From Lophium mytilinum (taxonomy: Eukaryota): 64,000 nt of DNA. The stretch is from positions 992,001 to 1,056,000 of the forward strand of contig MU004199.1 in the NCBI GenBank assembly GCA_010093605.1, in the 5' to 3' direction. The notes under the pieces are model-generated. The model ran no database searches. It had not been told where the DNA came from and was given only the letters and a program-made list of their open reading frames with translations. Position numbers and translations under genes: made by a program. This document shows positions 37,018 through 51,113 of the stretch, one piece after another (positions within the stretch are counted from its first letter, which is position 1; each line of letters begins with the position of its first letter).

Positions 37018-38576
37018 CTACGATGCTGCAGAAGTCTCGGCGCTCTTGCTTGAGCTTGCCACGGTCTCTTCGGACTCGGATGGCGTGCCGGCGTTGATCG
37101 CACGGAAGCCGTTGGGGAAGATGTTTACCGCGCCTGCTTGGACGAGCTATCATATACATCAGTCCCCAGGTGTCTCAAAGCTAGAGTATGACTAAACTTA
37201 CCGCACGACTCAAATCATCCAGCAAGTCCTCAACATCCTCAATGCCAACACACAGCCGGATAATATCCTCAGGCAGCGCCCTCTCGGCCCTCGTCTTCGC
37301 ATCAATGCTGGCATGGCTCATGCGGCACGGCATGCTGATCAAGCTGTTCACACATCCGAAACTCACACTAATCGCCCACAGCTTCGCGCTCTCCACAATT
37401 CGCTCGCTGACATTGACGTCGCCGGTCTCGAAAGACAAGACTGCGCCCGCGCCCCGCGCCATGCTCCAGTGCAAGTCGTACTGGGGGTGTGACCGCAGGC
37501 CGGGATAGCGTACTTTGAAGCCGTGGGACTCGAGGAAGACTGCAATGCGCTGCGCGTTCGATTGTTGCTTCTCCATACGTACGCCGAGGGTCTTTACTCC
37601 GCGCAGAAGCAGCCAGGAGTCGAATGGGGAGAGCCCGACGCCGGACGCGTTGATAGTGAAGTAGAGTTTCTCGCCCAATGCAGGATCGTTCACGGCGAGC
37701 ACACCGGCCATCAGGTCGTGGTGGCCAGAGAGGTACTTGGTGCCGCTCTCGTAGACGATATCCGCGCCTAGATCAAGAGGGTTCTGTAGGAGTGGCGAGA
37801 GCATAGTATTGTCCACGGCCACTATGGCTGAAGGATTGGCGGCGTGTGTTATGCTTGATACTCGAGGGATATCGGCGATTTTGATGAGAGGGTTTGTGGG
37901 GCTTTCGAGGAGGACCATGGCGGTCTTGGGCGAGAGGACTTTGCGGACGGCCTCTGGATCGGTGGTGTCGACATGGTGGACAATGATGCCACCATTGGTC
38001 GCGAGGTACTTCAGAAGACGGTTTGTGCCGCCGTAGAGATCATCTCCAGTCACGACCTCATCGCCCGGGCGAAGTAGGCGGGTTATCACGTCTAGAGCGC
38101 CCATTCCGGAGGAGACGACGAGAGCGCGCGAGGCGTTCATGATCTTGGCCAGGTGCCGTTCGAGATGGGTGCGTGTGGGATTGCCGGAGCGTGTGTAGTC
38201 ATACTCTCCGCCGCCGCCAGTTGCTGATTCTTGCTTGAAGGTTGCGGACTGTGGTGTTGAGTTAGCATCGTTCATTGCGACAGAACGTCCTCGGCTTCTA
38301 CGGAGAGCTTCCGCGTGTGACCAAGGCCTCTAAACGGCCTTCGAGTTGAGTATGTACCTGGTATATGGGCACGCTGGACGCATTGTACTGGTCGGTGCTC
38401 TCGGTGTAGACCAATTCGGTCGCCAGAGCGTATTTCCTGCCATTTCGAGGACTCGAAGGCGCTGGGCTGGGCGGTAGGTCGTGTCCGTCGAGATCCAGGC
38501 CGCGGAAGGCCTTCCCTACGCCAGTGACCTTGTCCTTGAAGCTCTCCGGGGGTGGAGACGAGGATCCGGATGACAT
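37018..38576 (-). CDS. STR3: Cystathionine beta-lyase, 3 exons
   Basis: SSVPIYQSATFKQ, YDYTRSGNPTR, DDLYGGT, ESPTNP, VDNT, PLP-lysine motif ESGTKYLSGHHD, IRLCVGIED. Confidence 0.93.
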
Positions 38577-39470
38577 GGCGGGCGAAGGTATGGGGTATCG
38601 TTAGGGGACGGATGGAGGGGCAATTTCTTTGTGAGGCGGCGGGAGAAGAGGTTTATGGAGGGCCGGCCGGGATTGCGGGCGGAAGGAGGAAGATATAGGA
38701 GTTTCTTGGGGAGTCCGGGGGAAGGATGGACAGGTCAGATGTGGGCTACGGATGCTGCAGGTACATGGCTAGAAGGCGTAACTTTAGTCGTGGTGAACTT
38801 GGCCTGGAGTCACCGCTCCGATGGCGCAATCGCTGCGCGAGCTGGCGGCACAAACTGAGGCCAACATCACCAAGAACACCCCGTGTGCCCCGAGCGTCAC
38901 CAGCTCCAAGTATCTTTCTTGCAAGCGAAACCATAGTTGAATTTACTGCGAGGAGCAAACACAGATACCCAACTTCATGAGTCTTATTTCTACTGACTGG
39001 TGTGTTTTGAGCCTCATCCAACTTGCGAATTACACACCCGTCTGGGACCGGCACTCGTAAAATTTTATATGCCGTCAGAAAAAGTAACAATTAAAAACAT
39101 CCGAATGTACAGGCGCCTACTGAAGCAAATTCGGAATCCTCAGTATGCTCATTCCAACATGGATTACATCACGGCACGATACCTCAAAGACTGAGAAAAA
39201 CCCCAAATAGAATTTTGCTACCTAGAGCCAGGGGTATTGCGAGCCAAAACCATCCACGAGCAGAGAATGCGTTCCTGCGTGCTCCCCGTGCTGTTTGTGC
39301 CCAAACGCCAGGCCGATGAACCCATAACCTCGTGAAGCTCCATGAGTATAGGACATAAACGAGAACCGGGACGGAAAAGGCAGACCCAAAGAAGAAGAAG
39401 AAGTAGAAGCGGCACCAATGTTACGCTCATCCCCATCCAATACGTCCTCATATGTGCAAAAAGAGACCCC

Positions 39471-41730
39471 CTATCGCGGCACAATAGCGGGGAATAGCTT
39501 GCGTTCCCGGAGGTTGATGTTGAATTCGAAGATGCCGTCTTCTGTGCCGGCATACAGCTTGCGTCCATCTTGGCTCATGGCGAGCCCGGCGGTCCTCACG
39601 CCGTTGTGTGGGTCACTGCGAGGATCGTGCGCGCCAGCCGTCTGCCGTCGTGGTCCCTGTCGCATCATAGCGATTTCATAATCGCTGCCTGGGTGGTCTC
39701 GCAGGCTTCTGATGCGATCCCGCGCGGCTTGCAGTTGGCGTATGCGGTGCGCTTGGCTTGGCTCCGCTGGTGCTCGTGGCGGCAGTGATTCGGGCAGTGC
39801 GCTTCGCGCCATGGCAGCCTCTATCGTCCGCCACGGGTCGCTTGATGACGACTCTGAGGATTCAGCGCGCCTTGCATGTGGCGGTATTGGGTTTGGTGAC
39901 CGTGATGTTGGTGTGCCAGTCAGGCTATCAGTGCTGCCGTTGTTGGCCGCGCTGGAACGACCACCCGAGAGAACAACCGACGCTTGTCGCCGTGGTTGAT
40001 ATGAGGCCCGTTCTGGATCTAGGGCTCGCTCGGCTCGCTCTCGCAGCAGACTACGCACGCGAACATAGTCTGTGAAGTCCCCTCTGCCGTGTGACGATGT
40101 ATTCTGGCCTGCGCTAGTTCGCTCGCTGCGCTCGCTGGAGGAATTGTTGAAGGCCGTCCTGAACAGTCCTAGATCGCTAGTATTCGGGTAGCGGATGCTG
40201 CGTGGTGTTCCAGTTTCGCGGGGTCCGTCCCTCTGTCGCGTCATGATCGCATCCAGAACTTGGCGTTCATCCGGGGTCAGTCCGTGAGGGTCATTGTCAG
40301 ATTCCACCACTCCAAGCTGGCGATGGAGCCTTCGTCGGTCCGCTGCTGCTTCGAGGTAGTCCGTCGCATAGTTCGATGCTGCCGTGTGGACTTCTGGGTC
40401 CAAAGCGCGGCGGTATCTACGAATGAAATCCGCCTCGTCACTTATATCACGTAGTTCCGATTGGGTCTGCTGTGCTTCTCGAGGCATCTCAATGTCGAAG
40501 TCTGCGATGTCGATTTTCTCCAAATCATCGTCCATTGGATCCAAGGCGAGTACCTGCTTGACGCTCAGTCCGCTGCGAATGTCCGCGACGCATACTCTGG
40601 CTTGATCCTCGCTCCATACCAGGAGATCCCAGGGTTGAGGGGAGAAGAGCATGGTTCGCACGGCACCGGGGCCAGCCGTGGAGTCGGGTCGGGACGACTT
40701 AACGACCTGAACGACTGCATCCTCGGCATAATCGCACTCTTTTAGTAACTCAGTATCGAAGACGGTTATGTACCCGCATTCAGACCCCACTGCGCAGAGA
40801 GCCCCAGAGGGTGACCAGGCTGTGGTGAAGTATCCTGCGACGACAGAGCCCGGTGGCACATATAACTGCGCCTCTGCAAAGTTGGACCATTGTACAGGCA
40901 GAGATTGGGGCCGACCTTCGGGTGTTTTCATCATGCTCGGTCGCGGTGTCTTCAAGCGTTCGAAAAAGAAGACCTGCTGATAGTCACCGACAGCAATCAG
41001 GAGCTGTCCATCCGGAGATATGGTTGCATGGTTCATCGCAAACGGCAGCTTCAACTCAGCGACCTCTACGCTTTGCGTTAAAGAGTAGATGCGCACCGTT
41101 TTGTCGTTGCTGGTGAGAACTGCAACCACTTCATCCTCCTCTTCTGCTTCCCCGTGCAGCTTGTGTATTGATATTGAATTGACAATCTCCGAACCAATCC
41201 TCTCGACCCGAACAGAACTCGCCGAGCGTAAAGTAGGCGGCGGCGGTATAGTGGTGCGATTAGGAAGATCCAGGGGCAACAGGGCATCGACGTCGGTGGG
41301 GTTGGGCGGAGGGTAGGCTTCTACCTTGATGGCGGCAAAACAGCCATCTTCGGCTCCTCCCACGCAGACCCAGCCATATCCGGCAGCGGTACACCTGGCA
41401 TCGAAGGTAAGTGTAGCTATAAGGGTTTGAGTCTTGGTGACGGTGTTGAGGCAGTAGACATATTGGCCGTTTGCGTAGTAGATGAGGTCCTGCTCCGGGG
41501 AGCTGATGAAGTGCCGCAGTTGGTAGTGTCTGGGCGCGGTCAGTACAATCGCGGGAGTGCAGGTGAGAGGCAAACTGACGAGAGGGGTATAGAAAGCGGA
41601 TAGAAGGTCTTGGAGGGCAGGACGAAGGTGTCAGTGTCGCGGCACCTGCAGAGGTTAGCATGCGTCATTTGAGCTATGTCCTCGGGCGCAGAGGCTGGGA
41701 TGCAACATACAGAAAGTCGTCAACGGCCAT
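39471..41730 (-). CDS. DUF2415-type WD40-like beta-propeller protein; two short 5' exons
   Basis: HYQLRHFIS, IGSEIVNSISI, SNDKTVRIYSL, FAMNHATISPDG, GAVRTMLFSPQPWDLLVWSED, YAGTEDGIFEF. ATG exon MAVDDFL followed by a GTATGT donor. Confidence 0.8.
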
Positions 41731-42266
41731 CCTGTGTATCAGTTCGGGGTGCACAGCATGGTCTGAAGGGCGCAGAGGATGGAGGGGCCTGGGGCAACAG
41801 TGGTATGCGCGCGGCGTCAAAGTACGTCACAGCGCTGAGGCACGGCGGAGAGTGAAATGGCAGAATCGAATTGCGCGGAGCAGCGTGCTCGACGGGAAGT
41901 AGCTATATCAGACGAGGACTGTAAGGCTTGTGTTTGGTGGTGGAGCGGGCTTTGTACGAGGTCGGCTTTGTGGACTGGAGGTGACTGCCCTCCGTCAGCC
42001 CTCTTGCGAGCTCTCCATTTGCTTCACGCCATATGCCGATCACGACTTCACTGCACGTGAGCAGAGGCAAGCTATACGAGAGCCGTAGCGCTGACCACGA
42101 TGGATGCCTCCGCGCAAACGCCGGCTTGACTGCAGCAAACACCCGGACGAGGGCATCACGAGCCGTGTTCGCAGCCGTGGTCCCTCTCTCCCGCACTTCG
42201 GTAGCTCTTCGACTTCGGCAACTCGGCCTGCACCTCTGCACGTGACCTCAATGCACAGACCACGCA

Positions 42267-42284
42267 TCTAGAAATTTCGTTTCC
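42267..42284 (+). promoter_or_regulatory. Heat-shock-element-like motif upstream of SSC1
   Basis: tctaGAAatTTCgtttcc (GAAnnTTC) about 150 bp before the Hsp70 ATG. Short motif, supported mainly by context. Confidence 0.35.
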
Positions 42285-42429
42285 ATCGCCATCCATCGCC
42301 TACATAGAGCTCTTCCGAGTCGCCATCCAAACTTCATCCACCACACTCCCCCATCAATTCTCCCCCTCCTGTCTCCCCCTGTTGCTCAGAGTCCACCCTC
42401 AGCGGCGTCTGCAATTTTCTACCCACATC

Positions 42430-44571
42430 ATGCTGTCGTCCAGGATATCAAGATCGGTGAGTTTCTTGCCCCTAGAGCTTGAGTGTATTTCTCTGACCTC
42501 ATGCCATCAGTTTTTGCCCCGGGCCACATCCGCAGCACGATGGACGCCTGCCGTCAGGAAGCCTTTCGGCTCAGCTTTCATCAGAGGATACGCTGATGGC
42601 GGTGAGGAGAAGGTCAAGGGCTCGGTCATTGGTATTGACTTGGGCACCACCAACTCCGCCGTTGCCGTAATGGAGGGCAAGGTGCCGCGCATCATCGAGA
42701 ACTCGGAAGGTAAAATTGCTTCATCACCAATTTTTAAACGGCCGTTGCTGACTTGATGCTTTGCAGGTACGCGCACAACACCATCCGTCGTCGGTTTCAC
42801 AAAGGAGGGCGAGCGTCTCGTTGGTATCGCTGCAAAGCGACAAGCTGTTGTGAACCCGGAGAACACCCTCTTCGCCACTAAGCGTCTCATCGGCCGGAAA
42901 TTCACCGATGCTGAGGTGCAGCGCGATATCAAGGAGGTCCCGTACAAGATTGTCCAGCACTCCAACGGTGACGCATGGCTCGAGGCACAGGGACAGAAGT
43001 ACTCGCCGTCTCAGATTGGCGGCTTCGTCTTGGGCAAAATGAAGGAGACCGCTGAAGCCTACCTGGGCAAGAACATCAAGAACGCCGTCGTCACTGTCCC
43101 CGCCTACTTCAACGACTCGCAGCGTCAAGCCACCAAGGATGCTGGTCAGATCTCAGGTCTGAACGTTCTCCGTGTGGTCAACGAGCCCACTGCGGCTGCG
43201 CTCGCCTACGGTCTTGATAAGTCCACCGACAGCGTCATTGCCGTCTACGATCTTGGAGGAGGTACTTTCGATATCTCCATCCTCGAGATTCAGAACGGCG
43301 TCTTCGAGGTCAAGTCCACCAACGGTGACACCCATCTCGGTGGTGAGGACTTCGACATCACCCTCGTCCGCCACCTCGTCCAGCAATTCAAGAAGGAGCA
43401 AGGCATCGATCTGTCCGGTGACCGCATGGCCATCCAGAGAATCCGTGAGGCTGCTGAGAAGGCGAAGATCGAGCTGTCCTCGTCGCTCCAGACCGACATC
43501 AACCTGCCTTTCATCACCGCCGATGCCTCCGGACCCAAGCACATCAACTCCAAGATGTCCCGGTCACAACTTGAGCAGCTAGTTGACCCCCTGATCTCCA
43601 AGACCGTCGAGCCAGTGCGCAAGGCTCTGAAGGATGCCAACCTCAAGGCTACTGATATCCAAGAGGTCATCCTCGTCGGCGGTATGACTCGTATGCCCAA
43701 GGTTACCGAGTCAGTGAAGAGCATTTTCGGCCGCGACCCCGCCAAGTCTGTCAACCCCGACGAGGCTGTTGCCATTGGTGCCGCTATCCAGGGTGCCGTC
43801 CTCTCCGGTGAGGTCACTGACCTCCTCCTTCTCGATGTCACCCCTCTCTCCCTGGGTATCGAGACTCTCGGAGGTGTCTTTACCCGCCTCATCAACCGCA
43901 ACACCACCATCCCCACCAAGAAGTCGCAAGTCTTCTCCACCGCCGCTGACTTCCAGAGCGCCGTCGAGATCAAGGTCTACCAGGGTGAGCGTGAGCTTGT
44001 CCGTGACAACAAGCTATTGGGCAACTTCCAGCTTGTTGGTATTCCCCCAGCGCACCGTGGTGTCCCCCAAATTGAGGTCACCTTCGACATCGATGCCGAC
44101 TCTATCGTGCACGTGCACGCCAAGGACAAGTCCACCGACAAGGACCAGTCCATCACCATTGCCTCTGGATCCGGTCTCTCCGAGTCTGAAATCGACAACA
44201 TGGTCAGCGACGCCGAGCGTTACCAGGAGTCCGACAAGGAGCGCAAGAACGCCATTGAGGCCGCCAACCGCGCTGACAGCGTTTTGAACGACACTGAGAA
44301 GGCCCTCAAGGAGTTCGAGGACCGCCTAGACAAGGCCGAGGCTGAGAAGATCCGTGAAAAGATTGCCAACCTCCGCGAGTTCGTAACCAAGAGCCAGTCT
44401 GGCGAGGGCTCTGCCACCGCCGCCGAGCTCAAGGAGAAGACCGATGAGGTCCAAACCGCCAGCTTGACCCTGTTTGACCAGATGCACAAGGCTCGCGCGT
44501 CAGACTCGAACAACAGCTCTGGCGAGCAAGGCCAGGCTGGTGAGAGCTCCGAGGGCGAGAAGAAGCCATAG
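42430..44571 (+). CDS. SSC1: Mitochondrial Hsp70 (DnaK-type), 2 introns near the 5' end
   Basis: Arg/Ser-rich presequence MLSSRISRS..., [51 protein letters not shown]. No EEVD or HDEL end. Confidence 0.97.
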
Positions 44572-45279
44572 ATCTTTTACTAGCTAAAGTTCGATGTCTA
44601 CCATCTCTCACATAATTGGGCTCTCTCACGGCACTCAAAAAGCGGTTCTGTCTTTTGCATCCTCTCGGTTCTTGGGATTTAGAAAGCGTCTTCCCTGTCC
44701 TTTTACTTGTACCTATAGCCTTGTTGTTTGATTCACCTCTCATGCTATGTCTACGACCTCAACACACCTTTCTCCGTTTATTGGCTCTGACGTTTTATCA
44801 TGGCGATTGGGAGAGTGTGGGGGAGTATCAGGAGGAAGCCGCGTGCTGCAATTTTGAACAAGGAAGATACCGCTGGGGCCAAGAGGCCAGCTGCTGGAAG
44901 TGTAAAATAGTAGTGTGGGCATGAGGCCTAATGTCATATTCTCCCCTCATGGCGAGTTGTTGTTATTTGTTTCTCATTCATGCTTGTTGAGTGTGACGCA
45001 CTCGCTTGATTCACTAAGCTGACTTTCTGTGTCTGATAGAGGCAGCTCTTAGACGGTACGTCGCCAACAGTGGCGGGTCCTGGTCTTTCTGCTGAATTTC
45101 CGATATGCTAGGGCTAGCTATCCCGAAACGACAGCGAAATCCTTCGATCAGCAGCAATTTACGCCGCTCTGATGGGCATGGCCTAGACTTAGACATCACA
45201 TATAGGCTTCTACAAGGCACCAAAGCAATCCTAGCAATATCAAGCACGCTCGCCCATTCTTTTCCTACGCTCACCATAC

Positions 45280-46268
45280 TCAACCACTGCCCCTCAACAT
45301 GTTCCGACAACTCTCCCTCAAAGCCTCAAGCGCCGCCGTAGTCGCCAGATCCTGATTCCTCGTGCTCTCCGGCCCTACACGAGTTGCAACCGTCACCCGC
45401 CCCGGCTCTCGCCCCACCGCCTCCTCCCTCAGCGTCCGGCCCATAAAATACGGCCCCAACAACCCCCTCAACTTCTCAACCTCAGCCTCGCTCAACCCTG
45501 CCACCCCTCCATTACCTGGGCTTAACGGGACATGCCGCATCATACTCACGATCGTGCGCTCTTGCTTACACCCCCCCATCCCGATGGGTAGGGAATGCCG
45601 GTGCGTTTCCTGGAAGCCGCGGCGCTGCCAGTACGCGCCGGATTCGGCTTGCGCGGCGTGGAGGCGGAGGCGGAAGGTTTTGCAGGGTGGGGAGGGGGAA
45701 GAGGTGCTTGGTGGTGAGCTGGGATGGGTGCTGGATGCGCTGGTTTGGAGGAGGGAGGAGATGGTGGAGGTGAGGAGGGTGCAGCAGTAGGTTGCGAGGC
45801 CGTGCGCGCGGTAGCGGGGAGAGGGGTGGGTGACGACGGCGCGGAGTTCGAATTCGAGGGGCTGGGGGTGGGTTAGGGGTGTTGTGAGGAGGTGGAGGAT
45901 TGGTTGGTTGTGAGAAGAAGAGAACTTACTAAGTTCCCTTCGTCCCAGTATGATCCGACGAGCTCGGCGTTGTCGTTTGGGATGATGCTGGCTGTGGCTA
46001 CGGGGACTTCGGTCCCGTTGATGGAGTCGAAGATTACGGCGCATAGACCGGCCTGTCCGAGCATGGTGGTTAGGCTGGAAGGGGAGGGGAAACGGGGGCG
46101 GATTTGGGATGGGTCCCATAGGCTGGGATTCGCGGCTTTGGCTTGGTGGAAGGTTGAGTTTATGAGGTCTGTTAAGGCGGCGTTTATAGCTGGGTGGGCT
46201 TTGAGGTCGGAGCTAGAAAATATCGAGGATCGGAGACTCGAAGGGAGTTTTGCTAGTGAGGAGTCCAT
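45280..46268 (-). CDS. Putative GNAT-family acetyltransferase; intron 45862-45929
   Basis: FELRAVVTHPSPRYRAHGLA resembles acetyl-CoA-binding motif A; GAYWQRRGF resembles motif B. Confidence 0.65.
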
Positions 46269-47004
46269 TGAGATGCTTGATTGGATGGTCGTCTTGCTTT
46301 TTAGCCTAGAAAGTAGTTTGGGGCTTTTGCTACAAAGCACAGTTTTCAAGCTGTATCTCTGAAAGGGTTCGAGAATGTTGGACTTAGCATCTTGAGAGCA
46401 AAAGGCATTTAAATGGCTAGTTGAAGTGTTCATATATTACATGAGGACGTCACAAGTCAGCTGGTGGTTTAAGGGAAGCCTAGCGTGGACACCTTACCGT
46501 CTCTGGCATAGTGTATTGTATAATTAGTTTATCACTTTCCGGTCTGCTCGTCAAAACCATCAACTCTACATCCTTAATGTGATGAAGCTCATCCATACCC
46601 CACAGCGACGACTGCCAGCCCATCATCTCATGGCTTGGGTGACAGGCTTGTTTGTTATCACGATCAGCGTAAATGCGGGGATGTCACGGTTCGAACCTGG
46701 GCCGTATTTTATATCCACTTCGTCCTTCTACGGAGGACCTTTTGCCAACAACCTTCCCTCGAAACGGCCATTTTGAAACCAAAATAAATTGCGAATTAGC
46801 AAATACCTAACTTTGAGTGAGTGCTCCTCTAAACTGGGATTCTTTGGGCCTAGCATGCCGGTCTGAAAAAAAAGAGGTTCTAGAACCGGGCGATCGCAAA
46901 GCCATTCGAGTGAAAGTCAGGGATTGCGCTGTATCACACTGCAATAGCATTCACTTTTCGACATTCATGATAGCATATGACTTAACTTGGCAAATGGACA
47001 GGAT

Positions 47005-48634
47005 TTACAAGAGGCCCGAAGTAAGCATCACTAAGGTTCCGAATCCATCTACTCCCGCGAACCATTTCTCCCAGGAAGCTGAACTTTTCTTCAATCCATC
47101 ATATCCTTCTCTTAAAACCATCAGCTCCCCAGTTTCGGTTAGCCCGAAAATCTCCCGCTCTTGAACACTGCGGTCTATCTCTACGCGCCACTCGTGCGAT
47201 GTCCTACACTCCCATAATGCCTTTTTACAAGGTAAGGGCGCGAGCATGAATTCTGGTACTGGAGATGGCCTTGGGCAGTGCAATCCGCCTTCGATATCTA
47301 TAAGCATCATGATTATTTTGAAGAGCACATGAGTGCTATGACTTGTCAGCGTTTCTATATCCGACAATGTGGCTGGAATACGAACCGTCGTTTTGACTCT
47401 TCAAATAGCCAATCTTGCCAAATTTGCTCTTCATCGACCGAAGGTGAGGGAGCTGACTGTGCAATATTTGCTGCTGGGTTGTCGTATGTTACATCTCCGA
47501 ATGCCTGTGCTCCTATTGCGTCGGAGATGGCCTACACAGGTTGGTCATGAGCGCTTCGATGCACCTGGGAGCAGAACTATTTACCTTGAATGCTGGAAGA
47601 AGCGGTACGTGTATACTCCATTTCTCCAATTCACCATCAATCTCCATCATGATTGTGTATATTAGAAATACCTGTATCCCAGCCCAAAGCTCACGGTCAT
47701 CGAATTGATGGAGCTGTGTACCAATCAGCAGGTCTCTATTAGTCTAGGAATTGCATCACTTACATTCGTCAAAACCCGGTCTCGTTCCATCTGGATAGCT
47801 CTCCACATGAAATTTTTGGATTCTTTTGTTCTTGTAGTGAACATTTGCGCTACGCTCATGCAGTTCGCTAAAGTCTCCGGAATATCACCACTGGAGGTTC
47901 GATATTGCGGATGAATGAATGGTGGGAAAGTCTCCCTACGAAGCATCATCTCAGGATACGAGCGAATGATCCGGATCAAAAACTGAGAAGACATCTCGGA
48001 ACCAGACCTGGCCATCTTTCGTCGCACAATCGGTCTGAAGGGGAGTGATTCTGGATCTGCAAGATAGATGCACCCTTCCGGAGGGATACAATCATTCACG
48101 CTGGGCTGAAATATTTCGGAGATGTTTGGAAAAGTCATATCGATAGAGAACCCTGGGTCAATCTGCGGAGCCCACTTGGCAAGGTCTATCGACATGCCGT
48201 CATCTTCTAATTGCATAAACCCGTCCAACATTTCCTCTTTGTTTACTAGGAGGGCTTGTGGGCTTTTTGATGCTTGCGAAGTAGCAATCGAGTCGCTATT
48301 GCTTCTTGTTGAAAGTATGTCCGAGTCACTTGCAGGTGAACCCCGCTTCGTAACCTTATCGTATCGACATTTAATACCGCTGTGCTCGCATTTCGAGCAT
48401 CGTGGTACTTGGGCATCGCAGCGCGTTTTCGCACGTACACAGGAAGTGCAAGACCGTTTCCTAGAGTTTGGATTCCCGGTCTGCTTTGATCGGCAGTAGT
48501 AGCCATGACGCTTATAGCTAGATTCTATCTTCGTTAGCGAGGCTTCCTACGATGGAGATGACAGTACCCTTTTCAAACCCTTTGCCGCAAAGAGCGCATG
48601 CTAATCCACCTATTTTAGAGCTAACGGAGTCCAT
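47005..48634 (-). CDS. Zn(II)2Cys6 transcription factor with an N-terminal C2HC finger, multi-exon
   Basis: Spliced N-terminus CALCGKGFEKESSYKRHGYYC (C-x2-C-x12-H-x3-C), then SCTSCVRAKTRCDAQVPRCSKCEHSGIKC. Also YPEMMLRRETFPPFIHP and LAPLPCKKALWE. Confidence 0.88.
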
Positions 48635-48750
48635 GGTTTGTGCAATCTTCGACTGCTTTTTCAATCTTGTAGGCATCCGCAACTTTTGAACTCTAGCAGG
48701 TACCCCGTGCTCCGGGACAGTAAGCCTCAACACGGGACGTTGAAAGAATA

Positions 48751-48802
48751 CACGGAATTCCGTGAAAAAACCCTGGGTTGGTCAGCTTTTCGGCATTACT
48801 AA
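48751..48802. promoter_or_regulatory. Candidate TF sites in the divergent TF/MFS promoter
   Basis: Perfect 14-bp palindrome CACGGAATTCCGTG (CGG-N4-CCG) at 48751-48764, and Yap1-type TTACTAA at 48796-48802. Confidence 0.45.
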
Positions 48803-49018
48803 TTAGGCTTCCCGCATTTGACGGGCCCTGATTGGCTCTTTTGCATTACCCTATGTGTACCTATCTAGACCCATTCACGGGGTTTCAATGTGGTGGTGAG
48901 TAACCATCAGTGAGATGGATTCCTCGTACGTTAAAGAGTACGACCTCCGATCAAATCTTTCATCTATTCATCCCAAGTCTGTGCTGGTCTTTCACATACT
49001 CACCTCATACAGCCGAAT

Positions 49019-51113
49019 ATGACTATCCTACGAGACGCTAGCCTAGGCCAATTCATCCATCATGCGAGTAGAGGCAAGTTCTTGAAGTATCCGGAAGAGG
49101 AGCCCAATTTCGACACAACTTTTCTCCAGGCGCCCCCCGATTCAGATTCTGCGAAAAATGCGGCTATTGATAGTCGATCAATGTCGCGAGATCGTGATGG
49201 TTCTGCTTCTGCTATCGATGTGGACTTGGAGAAAGCAAATACAGCGAATCGAACAGTGACGAGATCGAAAGATGGCACTCTATTAGTCGGATGGTATTCA
49301 GAGGGTACGGAAATCGCTCTGAGTCACTTGCGTTCGAGTTGTAAAAACTGACATATTTTAGATGATGCAGAAAATCCACTGAATTGGAGCCCGGTCAAGA
49401 AGTACAGTGTCGCACTTATTATTTGGTACGCTCAAAACCTGGTCTAACTCTTGAACTTGACTCTAACTCTTTCTCTTGTCAGTTTTTATACGCTCTCGGT
49501 ATATCTAGGCGCGGCTATCTTCTCATCCAGCCAGGAGGGTGTGATGGAAGACTTTGGAGTTGGTCTGACTGCCTCATCGTTAGGAATGGCTCTTTACGTA
49601 CTTGCTTGTGGGTTTCCTGTAATTTTCAACCTCGCAAAGAGATGCTAACCTATTGATCAGATGGAATTGGTCCCATGATATTCTCACCTTTGAGCGAGTC
49701 AGTATTCTGCGTGTACTTTCAATGGGCTATACTAACAAAGCGCTTAGAATCCCCGCCATTGGCCGCACTACACCATACATCATCACTTTCTTCATCTTCG
49801 TTATCCTCCTTATTCCGACATCTCTAGTCGAGAACTTTGCCGGGCTGCTAGTCTTGAGATTTCTCCTCGGGTTCTTTGGTACGACATTTCCAGCGGTGAA
49901 GCATGAAGATCACATCTGACTGTCACCAGGTTCGCCGTGCTTAGCAACGGCAGGAGCATCTTTCCAAGATATCGTAAGCACCCAAACACTAACATTTGAA
50001 TATCTACCTGTACTCATTCACTTCAGTTCCCCGGCGAGCAAATGACCTACATCATCGGAATCTGGTCGGCTATAGGTCAGACCGCTGCATGTCTTACTCT
50101 AATCTACCCATCTGACTGTTCTCTAGCCTCTTGTGGTCCATCCCTCGGCCCCGTCCTCGCCACTTTCAGCATCGAGCACTTCGATTGGCACTGGAGCCAA
50201 TGGGAGTTGTTGATGCTCGCCGGCCCCGTCCTCATCCTCATGGTCGTTGCTCTCCCCGAAACATCCGCATCAACCATCCTCCTCCGCCGCGCCCGACGCC
50301 TGCGAGCCGCGACCGGCAATCCTGCCATAAAATCGCAGTCCGAGATCGACCAATCACACCTTTCCATCTCTTCCATTGCATTCGATGCTCTAGTCAAGCC
50401 GTGGGAGATCAACATTCTAGATCCGGCAATGCTATTCACGACCTTCTATACCGGCCTCTTATACGGCATCTTCTACACCTTCTTCGAAGCGTTTCCCTTG
50501 GTGTATATAGGCGTCTATCACTTCAGCGCCGGCGCGATGGCGCTAGCGTTTATGTCCGTCTTAATCGGGCAGATTATCATCGCGCCAGCATACCTCCTGC
50601 ACTGGAAGTACGTGATCCACCCCGGCATCAAGAAGAACGGCATCAAGCAGCTGGAAGACTTCTTGAAGCCGGCGCTGGTATCGTGCTTTGCGCTACCCAT
50701 CGGGCTCTTCATCTTCGGTACGTCTCTTCCTTCCACAACACAATTCAAGCTTGCTTGCCGCTAACTCGTCGCCCGCAGCTTGGACCTCCCGCTCTTCCGT
50801 ACACTGGGTCGTTTCGATGCTTGGCGTTTCTATTGTTAGCTGTGGCATGTATGTGACGTTGCAAGTCATCTTTATCTACGTGCCGTTGTCGTACCCGAAG
50901 TACGCGGCTTCGCTTTTTGCAGCGAATTCGCTCGCTCGCAGCTTGTTCGCGTTCGCAGCGATCTTGTATGCGCCGCCGATGTTTACGAGTCTGGGGATCG
51001 ATGGCGGTGTGAGTCTGCTGGCGGGATGTACGGTGCTGTGCTGTGTTGGGATGTGGGTGCTATACTATTGTGGGCCGTGGTTGAGGGCGCGATCGAAGTT
51101 CGCGATTGGTTGA
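49019..51113 (+). CDS. MFS drug:H+ antiporter, DHA1 family (Flr1/Mdr1/Caf5-like), many introns
   Basis: LVGWYSE-DDAENPLNWS, IPAIGRTTPY, LLVLRFLLGFF-GSPCLATAGAS, LPETS, FFEAFPLVY, YPKYAASLFAANSLARS. Confidence 0.92.

Noticed and set aside
42507..44513. Long antisense ORFs over SSC1 (also over the NLR, GLO3 and STR3)
   Set aside because: Expected shadow ORFs from codon bias of real genes.
46630..46705. tRNA B-box-like GGTTCGAACC
   Set aside because: No T-arm pairing or cloverleaf can be built.
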